Positions 50,049 to 58,803 of a stretch of DNA of 64,000 bases are shown in pieces. A model generated the notes under the pieces. The model had not been told where the DNA came from, searched no databases, and was given only the letters and a program-made list of their open reading frames with translations. A program made the translations under genes and the position numbers. The DNA is taken from the NCBI GenBank assembly GCA_963812135.1, contig CAWETU010000001.1, positions 928,001-992,000 on the forward strand, given 5' to 3'. Source of the stretch: Vulcanimicrobiota bacterium. GTDB taxonomy: Bacteria; Vulcanimicrobiota; Vulcanimicrobiia; Eremiobacterales; Eremiobacteraceae. Every line of letters begins with the position of its first letter. Positions within the stretch are counted from its first letter, which is position 1.

Positions 50049-50896
50049 TGCCCGAGGAGACAACCGTGGCCACCAAGATCGAGACCGACGCGCAGACCAA
50101 CGGCAAGACGCTGGTCACCTATCGCAAGGAAGGCGACCACATCGCGGTCGTCACGCTTGACGATCCGCCGGCGAACACATACACGCACGAGATGATGCGC
50201 CAGCTCGACGACGCCATTTTGCAAGCGCGCTTCGACAAAGAGGTGCAGGTCATCGTGCTGACCGGCTCAGGGGAAAAATTCTTCTGCGCGGGCGCGAACA
50301 TCGGCATGCTGCAGAAAGTCGACCCGACCTTCAAGTACTATTTCTGCCTGCACGCCAACGAGACGCTGACCCGTCTCGAGCAGACGCCAAAACTCGTGAT
50401 CGCGGCGCTCAACGGCCACACGGTCGGCGGCGGCCTCGAGATCGCGCTGGCGTGCGACATGCGCCTGGCGCGCAAGAACGCCGGCAAGATAGGCCTCCCC
50501 GAAGTGGCACTCGGCGTTCTGCCAGGCACCGGCGGCACGCAACGCCTCACACGCACGGTCGGCCGGAGCAAAGCGCTTGAGCTGATGGTCACCGGCCGCA
50601 CCTTCTCGTTCGAGGAGGCGCAAGAGCTCGGCCTGGTGACCGAGATCTTCGAGGGCCACGCGGATTCGTTCTTCAAGGACGTCATCTCGTACGCCAAACA
50701 GTTCACGACGCCGAACAAGGCTGCCAAGGCCGTCGGCAACATCAAACGCTCGGTGGTCTCGGGCGGCGAGGTGCCGTTCTCCGAGGCGCTGTCGATCGAA
50801 CGCGAACTTCAGCAGCTGCTCTTCCAGAGCAGCGACGCGAAGGAAGGCCTCAACGCGTACGTCGAGAAGCGCATGGCCAAATTCACGAACTCGTAA
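50048..50896 (+). CDS. Enoyl-CoA hydratase/isomerase (crotonase) family protein
   Basis: FFCAGANI, GGGLEIALACD and GLPEVALGVLPGTGGTQRL motifs. ATG overlaps the previous stop. Confidence 0.93.
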   Translation: MPEETTVATKIETDAQTNGKTLVTYRKEGDHIAVVTLDDPPANTYTHEMMRQLDDAILQARFDKEVQVIVLTGSGEKFFCAGANIGMLQKVDPTFKYYFCLHANETLTRLEQTPKLVIAALNGHTVGGGLEIALACDMRLARKNAGKIGLPEVALGVLPGTGGTQRLTRTVGRSKALELMVTGRTFSFEEAQELGLVTEIFEGHADSFFKDVISYAKQFTTPNKAAKAVGNIKRSVVSGGEVPFSEALSIERELQQLLFQSSDAKEGLNAYVEKRMAKFTNS

Positions 50897-50909
50897 ACGC
50901 GAACCCGAT

Positions 50910-50959
50910 CTAGGACCCGAGCGATCTCGGGTGTGTGCCCGAGCGAACGCTCGGGCACA
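50910..50959 (+). repeat. Tandem pair of family 2 palindromes
   Basis: CTAG-G-ACCCGAG-CGAT-CTCGGGT followed by TGTGCCCGAGCG-AA-CGCTCGGGCACA. Confidence 0.7.
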
Positions 50960-50984
50960 GCATTATGCAGGTGAACGCAGTCGC

Positions 50985-51905
50985 GTGAAATCGAAGCTCA
51001 TGACGATGCGCGAAGCGGTCGCGCAGCACGTACCTGACGGATCTTCAGTCGCGCTCGGGCTTGCACTTGAAGCGCTTATCCCGTTCGCCGCGGGTCACGA
51101 GCTGATTCGCCAGAACAAGCGCGATCTCACGCTCATCGGGCCAATCTCGGACATCTTGTTCGACGAGCTGATCGGCGCGGGCTGCGTGCGCACGGTGATC
51201 GCTGCGTGGGCGGGCAACGTCAGCGCGGGGTTGGGCTACAACTATCGGCGCGCGGCCGAGGACGGCGTGCCCAATCCGATCCATATCGAAGATCACTCCA
51301 ATTTCTCGATCGCGCTCAGCCTGCTGGCGGGCGCGCTCGGCGTGCCGTTCATACCGGCGCACACGCTGCTCGGCTCCGATATCCTCAAGACAAATCCGAA
51401 TCTGCGACCCGCATCGTCACCGCTCGACGGCGAACAGGTCTTGCTCGTGCCGGCGATCACGCCGGATGTGACCATCCTTCACGTGCAGCGCGCCGACGAA
51501 TTCGGCGGCAACCACTGCTGGGGCAATCTCGGCGTGAGCGAAGAGGGTGGGCTCGCCGGCAAGACGGTGATCATCTCGGCAGAAGAGATCGTCAAACCCG
51601 ACGTCATCAAGAGCGACCCGAACCGCGTCTTGGTGCCGGCACAGCGCGTGAACGCGGTGGTGCACGAACCGGGCGGCGCCCATCCGTCGCCCGTGCAAGG
51701 CTATTACGGGCGCGACACGGACTTCTATCACGAATACCACAAACAAAGCAAGACCGCGGCCGATTTCGAGCAGTGGCGGCAGCGCTGGATCGGCGCAATC
51801 GGTTCACGCGCAGTCTATCTCAAGTTGTTGGGCGCCGCGCGCTGGCGCGCGCTGGCAGTCAAACACCAAAAGCCTGCGGCACCGGCCAACTTCAGCGCAA
51901 CGTGA
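50985..51905 (+). CDS. CoA-transferase subunit A (glutaconate CoA-transferase-like)
   Basis: PFAAGHELIRQ, LIGAG, AGALGVPF, PDVTILHVQRAD and HPSPVQGYY motifs. Confidence 0.88.
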   Translation: MKSKLMTMREAVAQHVPDGSSVALGLALEALIPFAAGHELIRQNKRDLTLIGPISDILFDELIGAGCVRTVIAAWAGNVSAGLGYNYRRAAEDGVPNPIHIEDHSNFSIALSLLAGALGVPFIPAHTLLGSDILKTNPNLRPASSPLDGEQVLLVPAITPDVTILHVQRADEFGGNHCWGNLGVSEEGGLAGKTVIISAEEIVKPDVIKSDPNRVLVPAQRVNAVVHEPGGAHPSPVQGYYGRDTDFYHEYHKQSKTAADFEQWRQRWIGAIGSRAVYLKLLGAARWRALAVKHQKPAAPANFSAT

Positions 51906-52667
51906 AGGCACCATACACTCCCGCGGAGCTGATGGTCGTCGCTGCGGCGCGCGAGATCAAAGATGGCGAAGTCGTCTTCGTCGGGATGCGCTTGCCGCTC
52001 ATCGCCTTCGCGCTAGCCAAACGCGCGCACGCGCCCGACGCGATCGGGTTCTTCGAAAACGGCGTCTTGCGCGACACTCCATCGAACGAGCTGCTTTACA
52101 CGATGGGCGACCCGCCCAACATCGAGGGCGCTATGATGTGCTGTCGCATGACTACCGTCATGGGGCTTATGCAGAAGGGCGAGGTCGATCTCGGCTTCCT
52201 TGGCGGTGCTGAAGTCGACAAGTACGGCAACATCAACACGTCGTACATCGGCGACCCGCATAAACCCGAGGTGAAGCTGCCGGGCAGCGGCGGGCGCCGC
52301 GGACATCGCGTCACTGGCGCGCCGGTTCGTGGTTATCATCGAGCACAATGATCGGCGGCTGGTCGAACGGGTCAGCTACGTCACCTCGCCCGGCAACGGC
52401 GACGGCTCGCATTGGCGCGCGAACGAGGGGCTGCCACGCGGCGGACCGGCAGCGATCATCACGACGATGGGCGTGCTGCGCTTCGGCTTCGAATCCGGCG
52501 AAGCGTATCTCGACACCATTCATCCAGGCATCGCGGTCGAAGAGGTCAAGGCGAACACTGGTTGGCCGCTGATGGTGACACCGGTGCTCAAAACGACGCC
52601 GGAGCCGACGGAAGAAGAATTGCGCATCATCCGCGAGATCGATCCCAAACGGTTTTGGACGGCATAG
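51902..52667 (+). CDS. CoA-transferase subunit B, with a +1 frameshift near 52292-52294
   Basis: ELMVVAAAREI, FENG, GFLGGAEVDKYGNIN and LPGSGG, then continues in another frame as AADIASLARR..VSYVTSPG..NTGW. Confidence 0.85.
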
Positions 52668-52680
52668 TTTAATACAAAAC

Positions 52681-52711
52681 TGTAGCAAAGCAGCTACAAA
52701 TATGTTATACT
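52681..52711 (+). promoter_or_regulatory. Extended -10 promoter (probably leaderless) with an upstream inverted repeat
   Basis: TG-T-TATACT at 52703-52711, 7 nt before ATG 52719, with no ribosome-binding site. TGTAGC-N6-GCTACA at 52681-52698. Confidence 0.65.
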
Positions 52712-52718
52712 ACGCTTC

Positions 52719-53042
52719 ATGGATGGGCTTTTCGGTTCTCGCCTGAGGAGTGATACGTTGGTGGCTGTTGGCCGACTTGGCTCAACGTATGCTTCTGAAT
52801 TGGCAAAGCTGTTGCGAAGGCGTCCCATAGAAATCCAGCGCGCTCTGAGGTCTCTCGAGCAAGCGGGCTTGATCGTGACGCGCCGCATCGGTACAGTGCG
52901 GCTTGCCGAACTCAATCGGCGAAATCCCGACTATCCAGAATTGCTGGCGCTCTTGCTCAAACTAAGCGAGAGGCCTCTTTACCGCGAGCTGTGGGGCCGA
53001 ATCGGTCGCCGTCCGCGCTCGATGGGCAAGTCTCCGCGGTGA
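52719..53042 (+). CDS. Winged helix-turn-helix protein
   Basis: LFGS..R, YASELAKLL and IQRALRSLEQAGLI..RRIG motifs. Confidence 0.8.
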   Translation: MDGLFGSRLRSDTLVAVGRLGSTYASELAKLLRRRPIEIQRALRSLEQAGLIVTRRIGTVRLAELNRRNPDYPELLALLLKLSERPLYRELWGRIGRRPRSMGKSPR

Positions 53043-53618
53043 ACATCAAAGGGTCTTCGTTGCTCGAGATAGCCGCTCTGGCCAGCAAGCAGCTGGCCCA
53101 AGACGGCATCGAATCCGCCGTGGTCGGTGGAAGCGCGATCACCGCATATGTTCAAGGTCACGTCCCATGACATTGATTTCGCAGCCATCAACGGAACAAC
53201 GCGCCGTGCCTTCGGGGAATCCTTGGCCAAACTTGGATTTCGAACCGAAGGTCGCGATTTCGTCCACCCACACACGAGTTTCTCCCTTGACTATGTCGCT
53301 GACACACCATTTGTCGATCAACGCGCGATTCACAAATTCACGACTTTGACAACGGTGATGGGGCCGGTTCGAGTTCTGAATTTCGAGGATGCGATCGCGG
53401 ACAGAATCGCAGCGTTCTTGCAGTGGTCGGATTCTCAGTCCCTGGAAGTCGCCGAGCGCGCGGTTGAGGCGTACTCGCAGAGGATTGCATGGAAATCCAT
53501 CGAGCGAGCCATCGATCTATTGGATGCAAGCGGAACTGACGGCGGGCCGCGCCTTGCATTGGCGAGGCGCCGGCTCGAGGGCGCCTGGCGACGGTCTCGG
53601 CGGTCCGCGCAACAATAA
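53039..53618 (+). pseudogene. Nucleotidyltransferase-fold protein, frameshifted near 53150
   Basis: GTG 53039 overlaps the wHTH stop. VVGGSAITAYV is followed by a frame change to TSHDIDF, together giving a GGxA..TxDID-type motif. Confidence 0.65.
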
Positions 53619-53696
53619 ATATTGGGCAATGCTCTACTTTGGCTCGCGTTTCGCTGACAAGGTCGAGGTCCGCGGTTTAGAGTAGACTTTAGGTGC

Positions 53697-53760
53697 GGCG
53701 GTGGAGTCCGCCCGCGCGCTTATCGAAGCCCGAACCGCCGACCACGGCCGATGACTCCTG
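53697..53760 (+). ncRNA. Fluoride (crcB) riboswitch
   Basis: GGCGGTGGAGTCCGCC..AACCGCC..GGCCGATGACTCCTG matches the crcB pattern. GGCGG/CCGCC stem and GGAGT/ACTCC pseudoknot. Lies 35 nt before the antiporter start. Confidence 0.88.
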
Positions 53761-53795
53761 AGCACGTTTGTCGTTAACGCTCGGGAGGTCGTGCC

Positions 53796-55019
53796 ATGCA
53801 TCCTTTTTTCAACGCATCGGTTCTTGAAAATACCTGGCTCATAGCGGCGCTATGGATGGTGCTCGCCTTTATCGGCGCGCTCATATCGGTCAGGCTGAAA
53901 ATCTCGGCGGCGCTCGTGGAGATCGCGCTCGGCATGCTCGCCGGCAATCTCATCGCGCTCACCACGAATAGCTGGATCGATTTCATCGCAGGTTTCGGCA
54001 GTATCATGCTCACGTATCTCGCGGGGGCTGAGATCGATCCAGACGTGATGCGACGCCAATGGCGGCCGGCTGTCCTCATCGGCGCAGTCTCCTTCGCCTT
54101 GCCGTTTCTCGGTGCACTCGGCTACTCGCTGTTCGTCAGCCACTGGTCACTTGAGGCGTCCAAAGTCGCTGGCGTCGCTATGTCGACGACGTCCGTCGCC
54201 GTCGTCTACGCCGTGATGCTCGAATCGGGCCTCGCCGGCAAACAATTCGGCCAGTTGATCCTTGCAGCGTGCTTCATCACGGATCTGGGCACCGTGCTTG
54301 CGTTGGCCCTCCTCTTTGCGAACTACGATGCGTGGCTCGTCTTGTTCGTCGGCGTCTCCGTGGTGGCGGTGCTGCTCGTGCCCAGATATCTGCCTGCGGC
54401 ATTCATGAAGATGGGCGACCGCGTGAGCGAACCCGGCACGCGACTGCTGTTCGCGATCATCCTGACACTCGCGGGTCTCGCGACGCTGGCGAAGAGCGAG
54501 GGCGTTTTGCCGGCGTATGTGCTCGGTTTCGCCTCGGCCGGTTTCTTGTTGTCGCACTTTGAATTCGCGCGACGCTTGCGTACGACGACGATGAGTCTGT
54601 TGACACCGTTCTACTTCATCAAGGCGGGCACGCTCGTGTCGGTCGTGCAGGTCTTCGCGGCATTCAAGACGGTGCTCGCGCTCTTCGCGGTCAAAGTGCT
54701 TGCAAAGGTGCTCGGCATATGGCCGGTTGCCCGCCGTTTCGGTTACTCCACGATCGATGCCACGTACCTGACGCTCATGATGGCCACCGGCCTGACGTTT
54801 GGCACCATCTCCGCGCTCTACGGCTTAAGCCACCACTACATCGACCAGCTCCAGTACAGCGCGCTCGTCACCGTTGTCATCGCGACCGCCATCATCCCCA
54901 CTTTGATCGCACAGATCCACTTCCCGCCGACGCAAGACGTGTTAGAGGCCGAGTCGGGCGGGCTTGAAGAGATCGAGGTCAGCTATGGTGGAACAGCGGC
55001 GTCTGCGCCAAGCCGTTGA
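53796..55019 (+). CDS. Cation:proton antiporter (CPA2-like)
   Basis: GGAGG ribosome-binding site, polytopic membrane protein, YLAGAEIDP, STTSVAVVY, ACFITDL and TPFYF motifs. Confidence 0.88.
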   Translation: MHPFFNASVLENTWLIAALWMVLAFIGALISVRLKISAALVEIALGMLAGNLIALTTNSWIDFIAGFGSIMLTYLAGAEIDPDVMRRQWRPAVLIGAVSFALPFLGALGYSLFVSHWSLEASKVAGVAMSTTSVAVVYAVMLESGLAGKQFGQLILAACFITDLGTVLALALLFANYDAWLVLFVGVSVVAVLLVPRYLPAAFMKMGDRVSEPGTRLLFAIILTLAGLATLAKSEGVLPAYVLGFASAGFLLSHFEFARRLRTTTMSLLTPFYFIKAGTLVSVVQVFAAFKTVLALFAVKVLAKVLGIWPVARRFGYSTIDATYLTLMMATGLTFGTISALYGLSHHYIDQLQYSALVTVVIATAIIPTLIAQIHFPPTQDVLEAESGGLEEIEVSYGGTAASAPSR

Positions 55020-55614
55020 TGATGAACTGGATCGCCAGCGCGGACAAGATGATGCCGAGCAGCCGCGTCAACACGCCGACACCCGTCCGGCCGATCCACT
55101 TCAAGACCAGCGTCGCGCCGCGCATGCACAGCCACGTCGCCACCAACGCCAACGCATACGCGGCGTAGACGATCGTCGTCTTCGCGGTATCGCCGCGGCT
55201 AAGGTTCACGAGCAGCAGCACCGTCGCGATCGTGCCGGGACCCGCGATCATGGGAATCGCCAACGGGAAGATCGCCGCGTTCTCGCGCTCGATCGCCTCG
55301 CGTTCTTCCTCAGGCTTGGCGCGGGCGCCTGATGGCCGCGCGAAGAGCATGTCGATCGAGATCAACAACAGCAAGATGCCGCCGGCGATCGAAAAGGCGG
55401 GCAACGTGATGCTCAAGTACGTGAGCACGTAGCGCCCGACGAGCGCCATGAAGTAGATGACCAACGCGGCCACGATCACTGCGCGGTCGATCATGCGACG
55501 CCGCGCATCAGGCGGCGCCGACGCTGTCACAGACAACGACAACGGGACCATGCCGACCGGATCGATGATCGTCAAGGCAGTGGCAAACGCGGTGATGGCG
55601 AAGTGCAGCTCCAC
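54979..55614 (-). CDS. MarC family membrane protein
   Basis: IIDPVG, FSIAGGILL, FPLAIPMIAGPG and TRLLG motifs. Confidence 0.93.
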   Translation of the reverse strand: MELHFAITAFATALTIIDPVGMVPLSLSVTASAPPDARRRMIDRAVIVAALVIYFMALVGRYVLTYLSITLPAFSIAGGILLLLISIDMLFARPSGARAKPEEEREAIERENAAIFPLAIPMIAGPGTIATVLLLVNLSRGDTAKTTIVYAAYALALVATWLCMRGATLVLKWIGRTGVGVLTRLLGIILSALAIQFIINGLAQTPLFHHS

Positions 55615-55636
55615 GCGTCGCTAGTTCGCGACGGGG

Positions 55637-58330
55637 CTAGCGGCCTCCACCCGACTCGACGAGCGCGACGAACTTCTCGACCAGTTTGGGGTCAAATTGC
55701 GACCCGGCGCGGGCGCGCAACTCGCGAACGGCTTGTTCGTACTCGATGCGCTTGTGGTACGGCCGGTCGATGACCATGGCCGAATACGCGTCGATGAGCG
55801 CGACGATGCGCGCCAGGACCGGGATCTTGTCGCCGGCGAGGCCGTCCGGATAGCCTTTGCCGTCCCAACGCTCGTGATGATACCTCACGGCCTTGGCGGC
55901 GTCGGCAAAGCCAGGGATGTTCTCGATCAGCATCGCGCCGATGGTGACGTGGCGCTTGATCAGTTCGTATTCGGCGGGTGCCAGGCGCCCCGGCTTGGCC
56001 AGCAGGTTCGCGGGGAGCGCGATCTTGCCCACGTCGTGCAGCACGGACGCTCGCAGCAGCGAGTCCATGTCCTCTTTCTTAAGCGCCAGCGCGTTGCCGA
56101 ATTCGCGGGCGACGCGGTTGACGTGTTCGAGGTGGCTGCGCGTCGAGCGGTCGCGCGCCAGCAGCGCGGCGAGCAGCTCGGAGACGAGCCCGAAGTCGCC
56201 TTCGAGTCGCAATTGCGTCGTGCCGATGCGCTGCAAACGGGTGGCCGGCCGGCCCATGCGTTTGCTTTGGTACAATGCCGCGTCGGCCTTGGCGATCAGG
56301 TCAGCGGGCGTCTCGGCATCTTGCGGGAACAGCGCGTAGCCGATCGAGCATTTCACTGGGATCGCCGAGCCGTCGGCCAGGCGCAAGTCGCGCTCCTCGA
56401 GCTCGGCAGTGACGCGGTTGATGATGGTCTCGGTCTGCTCGCGCGTGGTCTCCGGTAGCACGACCATGAACTCGTCGCCGCCGTAGCGCCCGACGACGTC
56501 GGTCGAGCGGACGGCGCCCAACAGCACGCTTGTCACCATCTTGAGGGCGTCGTCGCCCACCAAGTGGCCGTACGTGTCGTTCACGTTCTTGAAATTATCC
56601 AGGTCCATCATGACGGCGGCGACCGTTTGGCCGGTCGTACGCGAGCGGCGCAGCTCTTCCTCAAGCCGCGTCTTGAGGTAACGGTGATGGTAGACGCCGG
56701 TCAGCGGGTCTTGGTCGGCGCGCGACTCGGCTTGGTCGTACAGCTGGGCGTTTTGGACGGCCACGGCCAGCTGCTCCGCGATCGCGGTCAGCAGGCGGAC
56801 ACTCGAGTCGTCATACGCGTTCTCGCGATAGGCCTGTGCGGACATCACGCCGATGCATTTGTTGCCCAAACGCAGCGGGGCCATCGCCAGCGAGCGGACG
56901 TTGCTCGTACTGTCGGTCCCGATGACGCCGTGCGGCTGGTTGTCGATCTCTTCAAGCGTCTGGAACACCAGCGTGCGGTTCGACGCCATGACGCGCTCGG
57001 CGATCGAGCTCTTCATCGGCGTGTCGCCCGGCTCCATGACGTTGTTACCTTCGATGAAATACTCCATGTGCAGCGCGTTGCCGTCTTCGGTGCGCAGGGC
57101 CACGAAGAAGCCGGGCGCTTCGATCACGCGTCGCACTTCTTCGCACACGGTCTGATACAGCGTGCGCAGGCTCAGCTGCGCCGCCAGCGCACGAGAGACC
57201 TCGGCGAGCATCTTGAGCTCGCGGGCCCGCTGGTCGGCTTGGACGACGGCTTGCGAGTTCTCGACCGCGATCGCGGCCTGTTCCGCGACGGCGACCACCA
57301 GGTCGCGATCGCGTTCGGAGTACGCATGTGGCCGCGAGCTCTGGACCGAGATGACGCCGATCGTGCGCGCGCCGATGCTCATCGGCACGACAAGCGCGGA
57401 CACGACGTCATCGCTGTTCGCGTCGCCGTGCATGATGTTAGGATAGGGCTTCCAGTCTTCGGGCGTGCGCATGAGCAGCGGCACGCCTTCGCGGAACACC
57501 TGGCCGCACAGCGAGCCTTGCAGCGGCATCGGCTCGACGACGTCGAGCACGCGATAGTGGTCGACGCAATACGGGATGGTCATCAGGCCCTGTTCCCAGG
57601 AACCCAGCGCCACCCAGAACGTCGACGCGTCGAGAACGCCCCCCAGCAGGCGGTGCAAACGATGGAAGAGCCGGCGCAGGTCGCGTTCGGACGCGAGCGC
57701 TCGCGCAGTCTCGAGCATGAGCCGCAGCTCTTGGCTGCGCGCGCGCGCTTCTTCGGCGGTGTTCTTGTTGCGAACCACGAGCGCGCCGACGTCGGCCGCG
57801 GCGGCGACGAACTCGAGCTCTTTCTCGCCGAAGACGCCGTCGCGCGGATTGCGCGTCGCGATATAGCCGAGATTACGGCCGTCATGGCGGATCGGCGCGA
57901 TGATCACCGAGCCGATGTTGGTCAACATGGTGCCGCGACTGGCAAGCGTCTGCGGCGCGCCGGCGGGCCGGCCGAACTGTAGCGCGCGTCCGGCGCGCAT
58001 CGCTTGCGCGACGAAGCCGCGCTCGATCACCGGCAGCGAATTGCGATCGTCGAGATTGCGTTGATAGCGGATGCGGAAGCCGTCGCGCGCGGTTGGATCG
58101 GCGGTGGCGGCGACAAGGATCGGCGTGTCGATGTACGAGCGCAGCGCGGTGTGGACGTGGCTGAAGAACTGTTCTTCCGGATGCCCAGCGGCAAGGGAAA
58201 GCAGCTGTGCGTAAAACGAGGACTCCCAGGGCAGCGTCGGTGTCTCGGAGCGGAGCAGCGGGTTGAAGCCCGTTGTCGCCGGCGTAGCCGGCCTCCACGC
58301 CGAAGGAACGCCTTTCCCTGGCTGTGGCAA
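55637..58330 (-). CDS. Multi-GAF, GGDEF and HD-GYP c-di-GMP signalling protein
   Basis: Three GAF-like segments, DPLTG, DLDNFK.VNDTYGH, RSTD I-site, RYGGDEF, LHDVGK and HHERWDGKGYP. Start uncertain. Confidence 0.92.
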   Translation of the reverse strand: MPQPGKGVPSAWRPATPATTGFNPLLRSETPTLPWESSFYAQLLSLAAGHPEEQFFSHVHTALRSYIDTPILVAATADPTARDGFRIRYQRNLDDRNSLPVIERGFVAQAMRAGRALQFGRPAGAPQTLASRGTMLTNIGSVIIAPIRHDGRNLGYIATRNPRDGVFGEKELEFVAAAADVGALVVRNKNTAEEARARSQELRLMLETARALASERDLRRLFHRLHRLLGGVLDASTFWVALGSWEQGLMTIPYCVDHYRVLDVVEPMPLQGSLCGQVFREGVPLLMRTPEDWKPYPNIMHGDANSDDVVSALVVPMSIGARTIGVISVQSSRPHAYSERDRDLVVAVAEQAAIAVENSQAVVQADQRARELKMLAEVSRALAAQLSLRTLYQTVCEEVRRVIEAPGFFVALRTEDGNALHMEYFIEGNNVMEPGDTPMKSSIAERVMASNRTLVFQTLEEIDNQPHGVIGTDSTSNVRSLAMAPLRLGNKCIGVMSAQAYRENAYDDSSVRLLTAIAEQLAVAVQNAQLYDQAESRADQDPLTGVYHHRYLKTRLEEELRRSRTTGQTVAAVMMDLDNFKNVNDTYGHLVGDDALKMVTSVLLGAVRSTDVVGRYGGDEFMVVLPETTREQTETIINRVTAELEERDLRLADGSAIPVKCSIGYALFPQDAETPADLIAKADAALYQSKRMGRPATRLQRIGTTQLRLEGDFGLVSELLAALLARDRSTRSHLEHVNRVAREFGNALALKKEDMDSLLRASVLHDVGKIALPANLLAKPGRLAPAEYELIKRHVTIGAMLIENIPGFADAAKAVRYHHERWDGKGYPDGLAGDKIPVLARIVALIDAYSAMVIDRPYHKRIEYEQAVRELRARAGSQFDPKLVEKFVALVESGGGR

Positions 58331-58470
58331 GTTCTTAATCGCTCACGTCCTACTTCCGATTAACCGGGGTTCTCTATGTGACCGGGAGCAACGCCGTTTT
58401 GTGACATTTCTTAACGAGCAGTCGAGCGACCTCAAGGGGGCCCAAGGGGGCTGACCGAATCCCGAGCCGC

Positions 58471-58803
58471 GTGTTCCGCTCTATTGGACTTATCGTCATT
58501 GTTTTGGTCCTCGCCACAGGCTGTAACGTCCCTCCGCCCACCACCATCAAACCCGGGACGCTCCAGGGGGTGGTGACCGGGCCACAGGGACCCGTCGCAG
58601 GCGCCACGATCAGCGTGACCCCCACCGACAACTCCTACCATACCGGGCAGGCTGACTCGACTGGCTTTTACCAAGTCGCGGGCATCCCGGCCGGCTCGAT
58701 CGTGTTCACCGTGTCGGCGCCAGGCTATCAGACCTACACGGGCAGCGCGACCATCAACTCGGACGCCACGACCGTTCAGAACGTCAGCTTGAGCCTGAGC
58801 TGA
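58471..58803 (+). CDS. Small lipoprotein with a carboxypeptidase-regulatory-like beta-sandwich
   Basis: Lipobox ATG/C, G.V..PVAGATI, DSTGFY and VSAPGY motifs. Confidence 0.8.
   Translation: MFRSIGLIVIVLVLATGCNVPPPTTIKPGTLQGVVTGPQGPVAGATISVTPTDNSYHTGQADSTGFYQVAGIPAGSIVFTVSAPGYQTYTGSATINSDATTVQNVSLSLS

Noticed and set aside
58399..58416. TTGTGAC half-site as a CRP or Rex box
   Set aside because: The second half-site does not match.
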